Shown in pieces: positions 1-8,371 of a stretch of DNA of 28,622 nt. The number at the start of each line of letters is the position of its first letter. Positions within the stretch are counted from its first letter, which is position 1. The translations under genes and the position numbers were made by a program. The stretch lies in the IMG/VR virus record IMGVR_UViG_3300039918_000018, positions 1 to 28,622 of that record; one strand, given 5' to 3'. Origin of the DNA: a virus. Lineage: Duplodnaviria > Caudoviricetes. Below the pieces are notes generated by a model that saw nothing but the letters and a program-made list of their open reading frames with translations, did not search any database and was not told where the DNA came from.

Positions 1-24
1 TGATTTTATTGGAAGCATTGACAC

Positions 25-46
25 CTTACCATTAGAGGATCGGGCA
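25..46 (-). pseudogene. 5' fragment (22 nt) of a tRNA, probably tRNA-Gln; candidate att core
   Basis: Minus strand reads TGCCCGATCCTCTAATGGTAAG: a 7-nt acceptor strand beginning with U, then a D-arm with the AATGGTA loop. It resembles alphaproteobacterial tRNA-Gln 5' ends from memory, then diverges; lies just downstream of the integrase. Confidence 0.6.
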
Positions 47-78
47 TCAATCCTGAGCGCGTCGCGCTTGGGAGGCCG

Positions 79-107
79 CAGATAGGCGTGGTTTTGGCGG
101 CGGTCAA
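79..107 (-). promoter_or_regulatory. Sigma70-like promoter pointing at the tRNA fragment
   Basis: TTGACC (107-102), 17-nt spacer, TATCTG (84-79), followed by a GC-rich discriminator. Confidence 0.5.
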
Positions 108-122
108 GGGGTTATGAAAATC

Positions 123-161
123 GTCCGACCTACTTTTTAAAAGTAGGTCGGACCTACTTTT
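123..161. repeat. Perfect 15-bp inverted repeat plus an overlapping third copy; probable integrase arm-type sites
   Basis: GTCCGACCTACTTTT-T-AAAAGTAGGTCGGAC at 123-153; GACCTACTTTT recurs at 151-161. Confidence 0.75.
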
Positions 162-336
162 TCCCGGCTGCCGGGGCCGAATCGGGTTTCAGTTGACCGA
201 TAAAGCCCAAGCGGTGCGCTTCCCAACCGATAGTAAGACCTAAGCGTTCGGCGGCGGCCCGATATTCGCCGATTTCACGGGCTGTTACGATAATTCGGTC
301 GTTCGCTCGCATCGTCTGCAAATCGTCCGGCGTCAT
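154..336 (-). CDS. Hypothetical protein (60 aa), coupled to integrase
   Basis: ATGA overlap with the integrase stop codon; MTPDDLQ...AAGKK. Confidence 0.55.
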   Translation of the reverse strand: MTPDDLQTMRANDRIIVTAREIGEYRAAAERLGLTIGWEAHRLGFIGQLKPDSAPAAGKK

Positions 337-1640
337 GCTTCCTGCTCCTTCTGCTCCGCCAGCTCGGCTGCGCGGGTCGTGGCCATCGCGATCGCGGCGG
401 CGCTGCCACGGCTGTCCGCAGGCATGTAGGTGTCGAGAATGGTCTGTGTCTCCTGAATGGAATGGCCGGAACGCGCGGCGATCAGGGGGACGGGCACGCC
501 CAGGTCGCGCAGCCAGCACATGCCGGAGCGGCGTAGATCGCGGAACTGAAGGCCGGTCAGCTGGTCGACCATGAAGTCGTCGCCCGCCGCACGTGCCTCC
601 GCCAGCGCGCCGTCGATCGCCATGCGGATATATTTCTGGAAGTTGCGCTGGTGCCACGCCTGGCCCGTCGTATGGTCCGTCAGGATCGGGATGTTGGCAT
701 TGACGGCGGCCGCATTCGACCTGCGTCGCTCGACGGTCAGGGCGCGATCGACCGCGAGGCGAATGTCGTGCGGCACGGCCAGATCGACCCATGCGCCGGT
801 CTTCTGCTGTTTCAGCCGGAACGACCAGACTTCGCCATCCGGCCCAGCCAGCACGGCCCGATCGTGCGGGGCGATGTCGGTCGCGCGCCGCCAGTTGAAG
901 TCGGTCAGCGCGCGCAGGTCTCCGGGGCGCTGCACGAGGTAGAAGCCAAGCCGCACGGCGAGCGCCGCGCCATGCCATTCCTTCTTGAGAGCGTAGGCGG
1001 CGATCGCCTCGACCACTTCGGGCTGGACCCGCTTGCGTCGGCTCTGAGGCTCGGGGATGTTGAGGCGCTTCGCAGGATCCTTGCCCCGTTCGATCAGTCC
1101 ATGAAATTCGGCCCAGCCCGTCATGACTGACAGCACGCGCAGGATGGCGGCAGCGGTGTGCGGTGATGTCCCCTGGACCAGCTCGTTGCGCAAGGTGATG
1201 ACGGATTCGGCGGTGATGTGGCGCAGCTTCATCGCGCCGTTATTGGCCCAGGCGCGCAGAAACTTCATGCGGCCGCGATATTCCATCTTCGTCTTAGGGC
1301 TGTAGGGCTTGTTGGTCCTGTAGCTGACGCCTTCCAGCCCCTCTGGACCATTGAAACGGCGATCGAGGTCTGCCCATGTCGCGTAGCGATAATCGCTGTT
1401 CTCGACCTTCTGCGGGACGTTCACGGCCGCACCGGCCCGCCAGGCGTCGAGCCGCGCATTCTCCGCCTCCGCCTTCGCCACGGCGGCCGCGAAATCCTCG
1501 CCCAGCATCACGGTGCCCCAGCCATGGGCGCGCAGCCGATTGGCGGGTTCCCATTTGTATCCCGTGCGGCCGCCGGCGAGCGGGAATGGCTTGAAGTAGC
1601 GAGGCGTCTTGCGCGGCTTCGCCTTGTAGTTACGCGGCAT
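333..1640 (-). CDS. int: Phage integrase (tyrosine recombinase)
   Basis: Catalytic motifs QRPGDL (R), QQKTG (K), FRDLRRS (HxxR position), SGHS (H), DTY (Y); N-terminal arm-binding-like extension. Confidence 0.93.
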   Translation of the reverse strand: MPRNYKAKPRKTPRYFKPFPLAGGRTGYKWEPANRLRAHGWGTVMLGEDFAAAVAKAEAENARLDAWRAGAAVNVPQKVENSDYRYATWADLDRRFNGPEGLEGVSYRTNKPYSPKTKMEYRGRMKFLRAWANNGAMKLRHITAESVITLRNELVQGTSPHTAAAILRVLSVMTGWAEFHGLIERGKDPAKRLNIPEPQSRRKRVQPEVVEAIAAYALKKEWHGAALAVRLGFYLVQRPGDLRALTDFNWRRATDIAPHDRAVLAGPDGEVWSFRLKQQKTGAWVDLAVPHDIRLAVDRALTVERRRSNAAAVNANIPILTDHTTGQAWHQRNFQKYIRMAIDGALAEARAAGDDFMVDQLTGLQFRDLRRSGMCWLRDLGVPVPLIAARSGHSIQETQTILDTYMPADSRGSAAAIAMATTRAAELAEQKEQEA

Positions 1641-1839
1641 CGTTCGCGTCCATCCAGTCGCGGCACTGGCGGTGATGTGCGGCGACGGCCATAAAAAGAC
1701 GCATGGCCAGCCCTTCGCCGAGCGTCTCCCGGCCCGACATGATGCGCTCTATCGCGCGTTCGTTGATGCCGATAAGTTCGGCGGCGGCCTTCTTACCGCC
1801 GATCAGGCGGATTCCGTCGCAGAATTGGTCCTGTGTCAT
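1630..1839 (-). CDS. Small HTH DNA-binding protein
   Basis: GGKKAAAELIGINERAIERIMSG is an HTH pattern; GGAGG RBS; overlaps the int start. Confidence 0.7.
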   Translation of the reverse strand: MTQDQFCDGIRLIGGKKAAAELIGINERAIERIMSGRETLGEGLAMRLFMAVAAHHRQCRDWMDANDAA

Positions 1840-1992
1840 GTGGCCTCCGGGACTGGAAACGGGGCGGGCGAGGAACGTGCGATCAAGAGGAGCAGGGTGT
1901 CAACGGTTCCGTACCATCGTCACCTTGATCTCGCTCACCATGGCGCTTCTCCGATTGCTGGAGGGTGGCGGGGGTTATCTGCGCGAGACCGC

Positions 1993-2334
1993 TCACTGGA
2001 CAGCACTCCCCTGTGATCCCGCCGACATGGCCTGATACCAAGCGAAGGTCGCGGCCCCGATAAAGCGCTCAAATGCTTCCTCCGTCATCGCCTCGGGTCC
2101 ACCGCCTGACGAGATGAACAGGCCTGCGAAGCCTACGAAGCCACCAGTGATCACATCCGCGATCGGATTTTCACGATCCTTCCGTTTTGCGCCCTTCTCA
2201 ATCCGGCGAAGGAAATAGTGGCAGATTGCCCGGCGCTCGGCATCGCAATGCTCGTCATGCTCGCTGTCACCGAACCGGCCCCATTCTTCGGGTTTGCCGG
2301 TGAACTTGAATGGGTCGATCTTGAGGTCAGCCAT
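1993..2334 (-). CDS. Hypothetical phage protein
   Basis: Start MADLKIDPF with GGAGAGGG RBS and TGATG coupling to the upstream gene. Confidence 0.65.
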   Translation of the reverse strand: MADLKIDPFKFTGKPEEWGRFGDSEHDEHCDAERRAICHYFLRRIEKGAKRKDRENPIADVITGGFVGFAGLFISSGGGPEAMTEEAFERFIGAATFAWYQAMSAGSQGSAVQ

Positions 2335-2546
2335 CAACCCTCTCCCCTTTCGGCCTCGACGCTCTGCGCTTGGGGAGCGGGGGACTTCGGCTCCCAGATT
2401 ACATATCGTCCGCACCCATCGCATTTCCGCTGGTTGTGGGTCTTTGCCATCTCTTCGGCCCAAGTGTGCCACTGGACATACCCGTCCGGACACCACGTAT
2501 GGTCTTCGATGTTCGGGCATAGCTCTGCGGAAAGACGGGCGCTCAC
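2334..2546 (-). CDS. Small Cys/His-rich phage protein
   Basis: GTGA overlap; CPN..H and CDGC motifs. Confidence 0.6.
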   Translation of the reverse strand: MSARLSAELCPNIEDHTWCPDGYVQWHTWAEEMAKTHNQRKCDGCGRYVIWEPKSPAPQAQSVEAERGEG

Positions 2547-3463
2547 TTTCCCCCTCCATCGGCATCGGGGGATTTGGTGGAGGCGAGGGACGTTGCGAAG
2601 GCGACAAAGGCATCCGCGAGTGCGACTCGCCAATTTTCTTCCAGAGCGGTGTTCGTCAGGTAAAAGACGACGTGAGGCTCCTGTGCGAAGTTTTCCACGG
2701 CTTTGACCGCAGCCTCCCGCACCGCATCATCGGGTTGACGCGGCGGGGTGGAGAGGTGGTGAACCGGGCAATTAGACAAATCGCCGCGTTCACCATTCAA
2801 TGCCGCAATGGCGTTTTGCAAGGCAGTATCAGGATCGACGTTGCCCTTTGATTTTACCGTCATGGACGTATGAGATCCGCCAACGCGAATGTAGAAAACG
2901 GCTTCACCGTCTTTAGGCTCGACCAACTTTGCGGCTTCGGAAATCAACTTTGCTGCGCCTTCGTCCCAAGCGGCTTGGCTATATTCCCCCGTCCCGACCG
3001 CATCGGCGGCGGGTTGGGAGAGGGCCATGCGCGCCACCTTGCCGTGGTCGCCGTTGTCGATGGCGTCTTGGATGAGGGCCTGCCTAAGCGGCTGTCCACC
3101 AGCCACAGCAGCGGGCGGGTGGGCGAGTGATCGTGTCACGTTCGCAACCGTCGATCCAAAATCACCGATGCGGCAAATCCAAAAGCCAGCTTTTCTAAGA
3201 TTATCGAGGATCAACTTATCGTCGGCAACGTTGCCGATCTTGATCGATCGAATAGCATCGAACAACGCGAGCCGCGCGGTGTCCAAATCGACCAGATCGC
3301 CACTTTTCACCGCCTCACCGGCATCGGGTCGCGAGGATAGGGCGCGCCACTCGTCATCAGCCTTGTGAAGGGCGTCCATGGACGGGAATTTGAACACCAT
3401 CTCGTATCGGCCTTCGCCAGAGACAGTCGTGCGAAACGCAGCGCGCAGATTTGGCATACTCAT
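2543..3463 (-). CDS. Hypothetical mosaic early phage protein (306 aa)
   Basis: Long ORF coupled at both ends; Ala/Pro linkers between segments. Confidence 0.7.
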   Translation of the reverse strand: MSMPNLRAAFRTTVSGEGRYEMVFKFPSMDALHKADDEWRALSSRPDAGEAVKSGDLVDLDTARLALFDAIRSIKIGNVADDKLILDNLRKAGFWICRIGDFGSTVANVTRSLAHPPAAVAGGQPLRQALIQDAIDNGDHGKVARMALSQPAADAVGTGEYSQAAWDEGAAKLISEAAKLVEPKDGEAVFYIRVGGSHTSMTVKSKGNVDPDTALQNAIAALNGERGDLSNCPVHHLSTPPRQPDDAVREAAVKAVENFAQEPHVVFYLTNTALEENWRVALADAFVAFATSLASTKSPDADGGGK

Positions 3464-3600
3464 AGCTTGCGGACCTCATAATATTCACCCGCGAACCGGC
3501 GCTCGAACCACTCCAGCCACAGGATTTCATCGCCGATCTTGACCGGCAGAAAGGCAAAGCGCTTGCGCCAGCCATCGTCTTGCTTAACGGGCCACTTCAC
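3460..3600 (-). CDS. Small Trp-rich phage protein (46 aa; below the ORF-track cutoff)
   Basis: MKWPVKQDDGWRKRFAFLPVKIGDEILWLEWFERRFAGEYYEVRKL; GTGA and ATGA overlaps at the two ends. Confidence 0.6.
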   Translation of the reverse strand: MKWPVKQDDGWRKRFAFLPVKIGDEILWLEWFERRFAGEYYEVRKL

Positions 3601-3634
3601 GGTTCCAGCGCTTCCACCAGCTTATCGGTCATGT

Positions 3635-4297
3635 CTATTCTCCCTCCACTTGTACGGGACCGTCGCGGCCGAGGAGGCCCCATTGCATCTGTCCCTGCCG
3701 GTTGCGGTCCCATACGAACCAGCTGACGTTCATGGTGCTGTGCATCAGGCGTCCCCGCGCGTTGCGCTCGCCTTCCCTGAAATTCACGCGCCAGGTGCAG
3801 TCCCAGCGCATGACGGGCGGATGCCGGCGGAACAGGGCGAGGCGGCCGCGGCCGTCCTCGCTGGCGGTCTGCCAGAACTGCGTCTTGAGCAAGGCGCAGA
3901 GATAGGGCGCGCGCAGCGTGCCCAGCACATGGTCGATCATCGGCGCGGCCTTGCTCCATGGGAAGTTGGCGAAGACGATCGGCGCGAAAAGGCGGCGGGT
4001 TTGCAGCAGGTCGCGCTGGACGACGCCGTGCGCGGGATCCGCGCGGATGTCCGTCGCCAGCACGTCGAATCCGCTGTTGCGCCCGGCGGCGACCAGGCGG
4101 CCGCCATGGGCGTTGGGCTCCCACATGGCCTGGCCGTGCATCCGCATGTGGTGCGCCTCCGCGATCAGGATGGCGCGGGCGCAATTGGCTGGCGTCTGGT
4201 AATAGTCCCATTCATGGCGCTCGCTGGTCGCCATCGCCGAGCGGCCGCCCGCCATGGCCGCGCCGAGGCCGAGCGGGCTATCGGGGGCGAGTTTCAT
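3635..4297 (-). CDS. Putative phage DNA amino-(N6-adenine) methyltransferase-like protein
   Basis: DYYQTP, WEPNAHGG (SAM-binding motif I-like), ATDI, ANFPW (NPPF/W-like), WFVWD. Confidence 0.7.
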   Translation of the reverse strand: MKLAPDSPLGLGAAMAGGRSAMATSERHEWDYYQTPANCARAILIAEAHHMRMHGQAMWEPNAHGGRLVAAGRNSGFDVLATDIRADPAHGVVQRDLLQTRRLFAPIVFANFPWSKAAPMIDHVLGTLRAPYLCALLKTQFWQTASEDGRGRLALFRRHPPVMRWDCTWRVNFREGERNARGRLMHSTMNVSWFVWDRNRQGQMQWGLLGRDGPVQVEGE

Positions 4298-4758
4298 AGT
4301 TCGTCCGCCCACGCTTCGCCGTCGGCCTGTGAAGGCCCGCTCTGATGCGCCAGCTCGTTCAGCCGTGGGCCGACGATCGAGTTGAGGTAGCCGCGACACA
4401 GGCGGAGCTTCCGCCGATCGGCGGGATAGTCGAACCCGTGATCGGTCGATGGCGTCACAGGCACGCCCTTGTGGCAATAGAAGCCCGCACCAAAGGACAT
4501 GGAGATCATCTTGCTTTCCCATTCCTCCGGATCGCGCTGTTCCGGCGATCCTTTTCGGAAGGCGCAGTTTCCGCAGGGGTGCCGGAAGCTGGACAGGCGA
4601 TCAGACTGGTCCAGCAGGTCGGACACGTCGAAAGGCTCCCACGCGGTGCCGCAATTGCCGCAGACGCGCAGGACGCCGGCGTAGAAGTCGGTCACGGGCT
4701 GCTGCACGTCGGCCCAGCGGCGCGAGGCGCAACGGGGGCACTGGTCCGCGCCTTTCAT
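4294..4758 (-). CDS. Zn-finger-like phage protein
   Basis: CPRC, CGNC, PCGNCAF, FYCHK and LCRG motifs; ATGA overlaps. Confidence 0.7.
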   Translation of the reverse strand: MKGADQCPRCASRRWADVQQPVTDFYAGVLRVCGNCGTAWEPFDVSDLLDQSDRLSSFRHPCGNCAFRKGSPEQRDPEEWESKMISMSFGAGFYCHKGVPVTPSTDHGFDYPADRRKLRLCRGYLNSIVGPRLNELAHQSGPSQADGEAWADEL

Positions 4759-5147
4759 GGCTGCTGATCCTTCGGCGGCTGCGGCCAATAGTGGGTCGGC
4801 TCGAAGTCGATCTGGTCGGGAGAGGGATCGCCTTCGCCCTTGCCATAGGGGTAGGACCAGAAATCGCCGGTCCACATGCCCGCGGCGAAGTTGGGGCCGC
4901 GCTTGACCAACTGGCGCGAGCCATCGCGCGCGCGATCGTCGATCGGGATGAAATATTTGCCCATATCGAGAATGGCCGTGCCTCGATAAAGCGCGTCGCA
5001 AAGTTTCATGTCATGCCACGGCGATTCGTCGATCTGGCCGCACTGGACGCAGCGCGGTGTCCCGTCCTTCACCGGGCCGGGATAGGGAATGACGCGCAGG
5101 ACTTCCCTGCCGCCAGGCAGCGTGATGCGTTCTTTCTTGCGGCTCAT
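4755..5147 (-). CDS. Hypothetical phage protein (C-terminus resembles DUF551-type PTH(Y)W)
   Basis: ATGA-coupled; ends EPTHYWPQPPKD. Confidence 0.65.
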   Translation of the reverse strand: MSRKKERITLPGGREVLRVIPYPGPVKDGTPRCVQCGQIDESPWHDMKLCDALYRGTAILDMGKYFIPIDDRARDGSRQLVKRGPNFAAGMWTGDFWSYPYGKGEGDPSPDQIDFEPTHYWPQPPKDQQP

Positions 5148-5341
5148 TCTTCTTCTCCAGAACCGCAGATTGCGGCGATTTCGTTGAGGAGGGTTTCGGC
5201 GCGGCGGAGATCGGGGGCGACGCCGGCGCCGGTCACGTCCATGATGATCTGTGCCCGTTCCGCGATCCGGCGCGCCCGTCGGTAGAGCTGACCCCGATCC
5301 AGGCGGGGCCGCGTCCCCGTGTCGGCGCGCTCCTGCGTCAT
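5144..5341 (-). CDS. Hypothetical protein (65 aa)
   Basis: ATGA-coupled at both ends. Confidence 0.55.
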   Translation of the reverse strand: MTQERADTGTRPRLDRGQLYRRARRIAERAQIIMDVTGAGVAPDLRRAETLLNEIAAICGSGEEE

Positions 5342-5583
5342 GTCCGTGTGTAGCGGCGCGGCAGGGGGTGGCCGGGAATGGGGGTGTAGCATTCGACCGG
5401 GAGGCCGGTGCAGCCGCAGTCCTTCGTCCAGCGGCAATGGCCGTGCGAGGAATGGAAGCCCTCATGATGGCCGCAGGGGCACATGCGTGGGCCGTCAGGA
5501 TAGCAGTCCGCTGGCGTCCATGGCGCGTCCGGGTGGCCGGGATCGAGACGCGGGGGATCGAGCGGGTGGGCGTGGCGGATCAT
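5338..5583 (-). CDS. Small Cys/His-rich protein
   Basis: CPCGHHEGFH...C....CGC metal-binding pattern; coupled. Confidence 0.6.
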   Translation of the reverse strand: MIRHAHPLDPPRLDPGHPDAPWTPADCYPDGPRMCPCGHHEGFHSSHGHCRWTKDCGCTGLPVECYTPIPGHPLPRRYTRT

Positions 5584-5951
5584 CAGAACGGCACTTCGTC
5601 CATGGGTTGCGCAAGCGCGCGGCGACAGTCAGCAATGCCGGCTTGATCGATCAAATGCTCGATCTGGAGGATCAATTCTTCGCTCAGTCCATGATGACAG
5701 GCCCGTTCGATAATGCGTAGTGCACGCTGGGCGCGCAGGTGCGCTGTGCCGCATGTCCAATGTTCATAATCAGGGTGGCTTGTCGTGCCTTCCAGCGCTT
5801 TCAGATCCTGCGCGGACAGGTTGCCGCGCCACACGCCCTCTCTGATCGCCTCAACAATCTTTTCTTTGACATAGTTTGCCTGCCTGCTGCCCGGCGTCAG
5901 GCGAAAAGCGGCCAAAGCCTGTCGGCAACGCTCGATCAGATGAAAGTGCAT
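5583..5951 (-). CDS. Hypothetical protein
   Basis: GAGGGA RBS; TGATG coupling to the next gene; ends DEVPF. Confidence 0.6.
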   Translation of the reverse strand: MHFHLIERCRQALAAFRLTPGSRQANYVKEKIVEAIREGVWRGNLSAQDLKALEGTTSHPDYEHWTCGTAHLRAQRALRIIERACHHGLSEELILQIEHLIDQAGIADCRRALAQPMDEVPF

Positions 5952-6117
5952 AGCTCATCCCTCTTGCTGTAATGGGCCGGCGACCATGCTTCACGGGTGT
6001 TATGACCATCGCTCCATCCGCATCTGGAGCGATCGCCTGCCCGGCCCGAGCATGGCCTTGTTCGCGAGCGGTTGCCGGTATGTCCGCTCCAGGAGCCTCC
6101 AGGCAGGCGGTGTGGGT

Positions 6118-6573
6118 TCAGCCGCCGGGCGTGGCGGCGGCATAGTCGATAAGCGGTCGGGCGGCGCGGGTGAGTTCCATCGCTGCCAGCAGGCGATCCA
6201 GTTCGGCGAGGCCGAGGGCGAGGCCCTTTACCAGGGCCTTGGCGCGCTGATCGGGCGTCGGCTCCTTCCAGTAGAGATCGGCAAAGGGCCAGCCTTCGGG
6301 CACGTCGCCGGGCGCGCGCACGATGTCGGGCCGCAGTTCCAGATCGATATAGGTGTCGATGTAGCTTTTCGACGCCAGCGCCAGTTCGCCCCCCTGATAG
6401 CCCATGTCGTGGCCGGGCAGATAGCCGTGCGTTTCGATCTGCTCGATGCGTTCGGCAATGACGGCGCGCAGCGCGGGGCCGGTCAGGAACTCCAGCGCCG
6501 GCTCGCTGCTGGCGAGCGCCAGCGGCGGCTCGGGGGTCAGGCGCAGGCTGTGTGGCACGAAGGGGTCAGTCAT
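6118..6573 (-). CDS. Conserved phage early protein
   Basis: AERIEQI...HD...GELA...WPF...WK...LVKGLALGLAELDRL pattern recalled as common in phage early genes. Confidence 0.75.
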   Translation of the reverse strand: MTDPFVPHSLRLTPEPPLALASSEPALEFLTGPALRAVIAERIEQIETHGYLPGHDMGYQGGELALASKSYIDTYIDLELRPDIVRAPGDVPEGWPFADLYWKEPTPDQRAKALVKGLALGLAELDRLLAAMELTRAARPLIDYAAATPGG

Positions 6574-6863
6574 GCGCGGCCCTCCCACTTCGGACGCCCC
6601 CTAGTCGCGAGGTCGATCGCCTCCTGAAAGAGCTTGTAAGCGGGCGTTCTCGCGCGCGCGCAGCTGCCAAGATCGGCGATTTCTGAAATCCGCTCGCTGG
6701 CGTGATGGGCATCGTGGCTCTTGCGCTCGATCGTCGATGCCGCGTTGCGCAACAGAGTGCGGAGGGCGGAGGTCGCCGCGGGCAGGGAGGCAGCGGCATT
6801 GCGAAGATCTTCAACCAGCTCAATATCGTCTTCCGACAGGCCGGGTCGTGCAGAATCAGTCAT
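6570..6863 (-). CDS. Hypothetical helical phage protein
   Basis: GGAGG RBS before MTDSARPG; ATGA overlap downstream. Confidence 0.6.
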   Translation of the reverse strand: MTDSARPGLSEDDIELVEDLRNAAASLPAATSALRTLLRNAASTIERKSHDAHHASERISEIADLGSCARARTPAYKLFQEAIDLATRGRPKWEGRA

Positions 6864-7020
6864 CGGATCGAACCTCCGAAGGGTTGATGAAAGGGGCGCG
6901 GTCGCCGTCGCTGACGGACCAGCTGACATGATCGCCGGGGCGATGATCGCCGCGATCGCCATCGATCGGGTCTGCGCGATCGGCGCGGCGATCGTTGGGA
7001 AGGATGCCTTCGCCGCTCAT
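6856..7020 (-). CDS. Hypothetical protein (54 aa, Asp/Arg-rich)
   Basis: Fills the gap in the coupled operon; ATGA overlap at its start. Confidence 0.4.
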   Translation of the reverse strand: MSGEGILPNDRRADRADPIDGDRGDHRPGDHVSWSVSDGDRAPFINPSEVRSDD

Positions 7021-7208
7021 GACAGGTTCCTGAGCTGGCGAACGCCGATGCGGGTAATGATGGCGCGGCCATCCTTCACGTCGATGGCGCGGTGAGCGGC
7101 GAGGACGTAGAGCGTGCCGCCGTGCAGGTCGCGCACGTCGCGGGGCATCGCCGCGATCCGCCGCAAGGTGGCGATGGACTTGGCTGAGAAGCGCTTGCCG
7201 GCGATCAT
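7017..7208 (-). CDS. Small basic protein (possible winged helix)
   Basis: MIAGKRFSAKSIATLRRIAA...IITRIGVRQL; ATGA-coupled. Confidence 0.55.
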   Translation of the reverse strand: MIAGKRFSAKSIATLRRIAAMPRDVRDLHGGTLYVLAAHRAIDVKDGRAIITRIGVRQLRNLS

Positions 7209-7297
7209 GACGCGATCCACCGTAGCAGCGGCAGCATCAGCTGCGCGGCCGCCATCAGGGCCACGGCCGCCGCGATGCCGGCAAGATGAGCTTTCAT
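7205..7297 (-). CDS. Small hydrophobic peptide (30 aa)
   Basis: MKAHLAGIAAAVALMAAAQLMLPLLRWIAS; stop overlaps the next ATG. Confidence 0.45.
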   Translation of the reverse strand: MKAHLAGIAAAVALMAAAQLMLPLLRWIAS

Positions 7298-7305
7298 CTG
7301 CTCGC

Positions 7306-7395
7306 TCACAGATAGCAGGCCAGCGTGAAGATGACGGCGAACGCCACATAGGCGGCGAAGTCCTGCCGAAGCGCCTCGGCCATCCGGGTCAGCAT
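7306..7395 (-). CDS. Small hydrophobic peptide (29 aa)
   Basis: MLTRMAEALRQDFAAYVAFAVIFTLACYL; start overlaps the upstream gene's end. Confidence 0.45.
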   Translation of the reverse strand: MLTRMAEALRQDFAAYVAFAVIFTLACYL

Positions 7396-7844
7396 GACGC
7401 GGTCGCCTTCCCGTGGCCCAGCTGGGCCACGAGGTTGCGCGAGTTGGCGGCAAGGGCGGCGGCGGCGGCGCGCGCCTCCGCCGCATCATCGGCAAGCGCC
7501 TGCGCCGGGCCGCGATGATTGTCGAACCATTCCTCGACCCGTGCGCGGGGAAAGAGGGAGCGCCGCACGATGGCGTCCGGCCCCGTCACAAGCGCGCCTT
7601 TCACAAAGCGCGGGTTGCGCGGCGCGGGAAAACCGTAGCGCCGGTTCAGCAGCCTGATCTTGGCAATGATGGTGCGCCATGTTTCGGTCGCAAGGCCAAG
7701 GCGGCGTGCGATTTCCGCCACCGGGACGTCGGCCGAGTGGACGGCGCTTGCGGTACGGGCGAGAGAAGGGATGTCGGCCGCATTTACCGGCGGGGGCGAT
7801 GCGCCCCGCTGTGGAAATGGAACAACGGTCGAACGGGGGTTCAT
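7389..7844 (-). CDS. AlpA/excisionase-like DNA-binding protein
   Basis: VAEIARRLGL...GFPAP...LFPRARVEEWF pattern; AGGAGG RBS; first gene of the leftward operon. Confidence 0.65.
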   Translation of the reverse strand: MNPRSTVVPFPQRGASPPPVNAADIPSLARTASAVHSADVPVAEIARRLGLATETWRTIIAKIRLLNRRYGFPAPRNPRFVKGALVTGPDAIVRRSLFPRARVEEWFDNHRGPAQALADDAAEARAAAAALAANSRNLVAQLGHGKATASC

Positions 7845-7873
7845 GGTTGCCTCCTGTTAGTGAGAGGCTCATG

Positions 7874-7927
7874 ATGTATCTATTAGAAAGATGCGTCGCA
7901 ACAGAAAAATGTGTCAGATGGATACAT
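7874..7927. promoter_or_regulatory. Tandem operators (OL-like) upstream of the leftward early operon
   Basis: ATGTGTC-AGATG-GATACAT (7909-7927) and degenerate ATGTATC-TATTA-GAAAGAT (7874-7892). Confidence 0.7.
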
Positions 7928-8017
7928 GCCGCCTGTCCCTTGCGGGCGGATCGACGCGGCCATAGCGCCGCCCGCCGCGAGGCGCGGCCGCGCGAGGTTC
8001 CAGAAAGGCAGTGGGGC

Positions 8018-8371
8018 TTAACCCTTGGAGCGCTTCGTCGGCGCCGGCGGGTCGGCTTCTTCTTGCGCGAAGGTGCTGGCGATGTCCGCCACCCGGTTGC
8101 GGTCGCCTTCCTCCATGCGCCGCAGATTGTCGATAACCGCCTGTTCCTGCGACGAAAGCCGATCCGGGAAGTGATCGTCCCGCAGGAAGTCAGCGACAGT
8201 GCAATCGAGTATCCGCGCCAGCTTTTCCATGGTTTCGAGGTCCAGCTTGCGCACGCCGCGTTCCATGTTCGACAGGTGCGTATGGGTCAGTCCCATGCGC
8301 TCACCCACTTCAACCAGGGTCAGTCCAGCCTTTTTGCGCATCGCGCGCAGACGGTTCGGCATCTTGTCCAT
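8018..8371 (-). CDS. CI-like XRE-family repressor without an S24 peptidase domain
   Basis: NRLRAMRKKAGLTLVEVGERMGLTHTHLSNMERG XRE HTH; 117 aa; divergent from the cro-like gene; TATACT 8 nt before the ATG. Confidence 0.85.
   Translation of the reverse strand: MDKMPNRLRAMRKKAGLTLVEVGERMGLTHTHLSNMERGVRKLDLETMEKLARILDCTVADFLRDDHFPDRLSSQEQAVIDNLRRMEEGDRNRVADIASTFAQEEADPPAPTKRSKG

Noticed and set aside
1873-1903. Possible LexA box near the TTGACA upstream of the HTH-int genes
   Set aside because: Only one GAAC half-site; the second position reads CAAG
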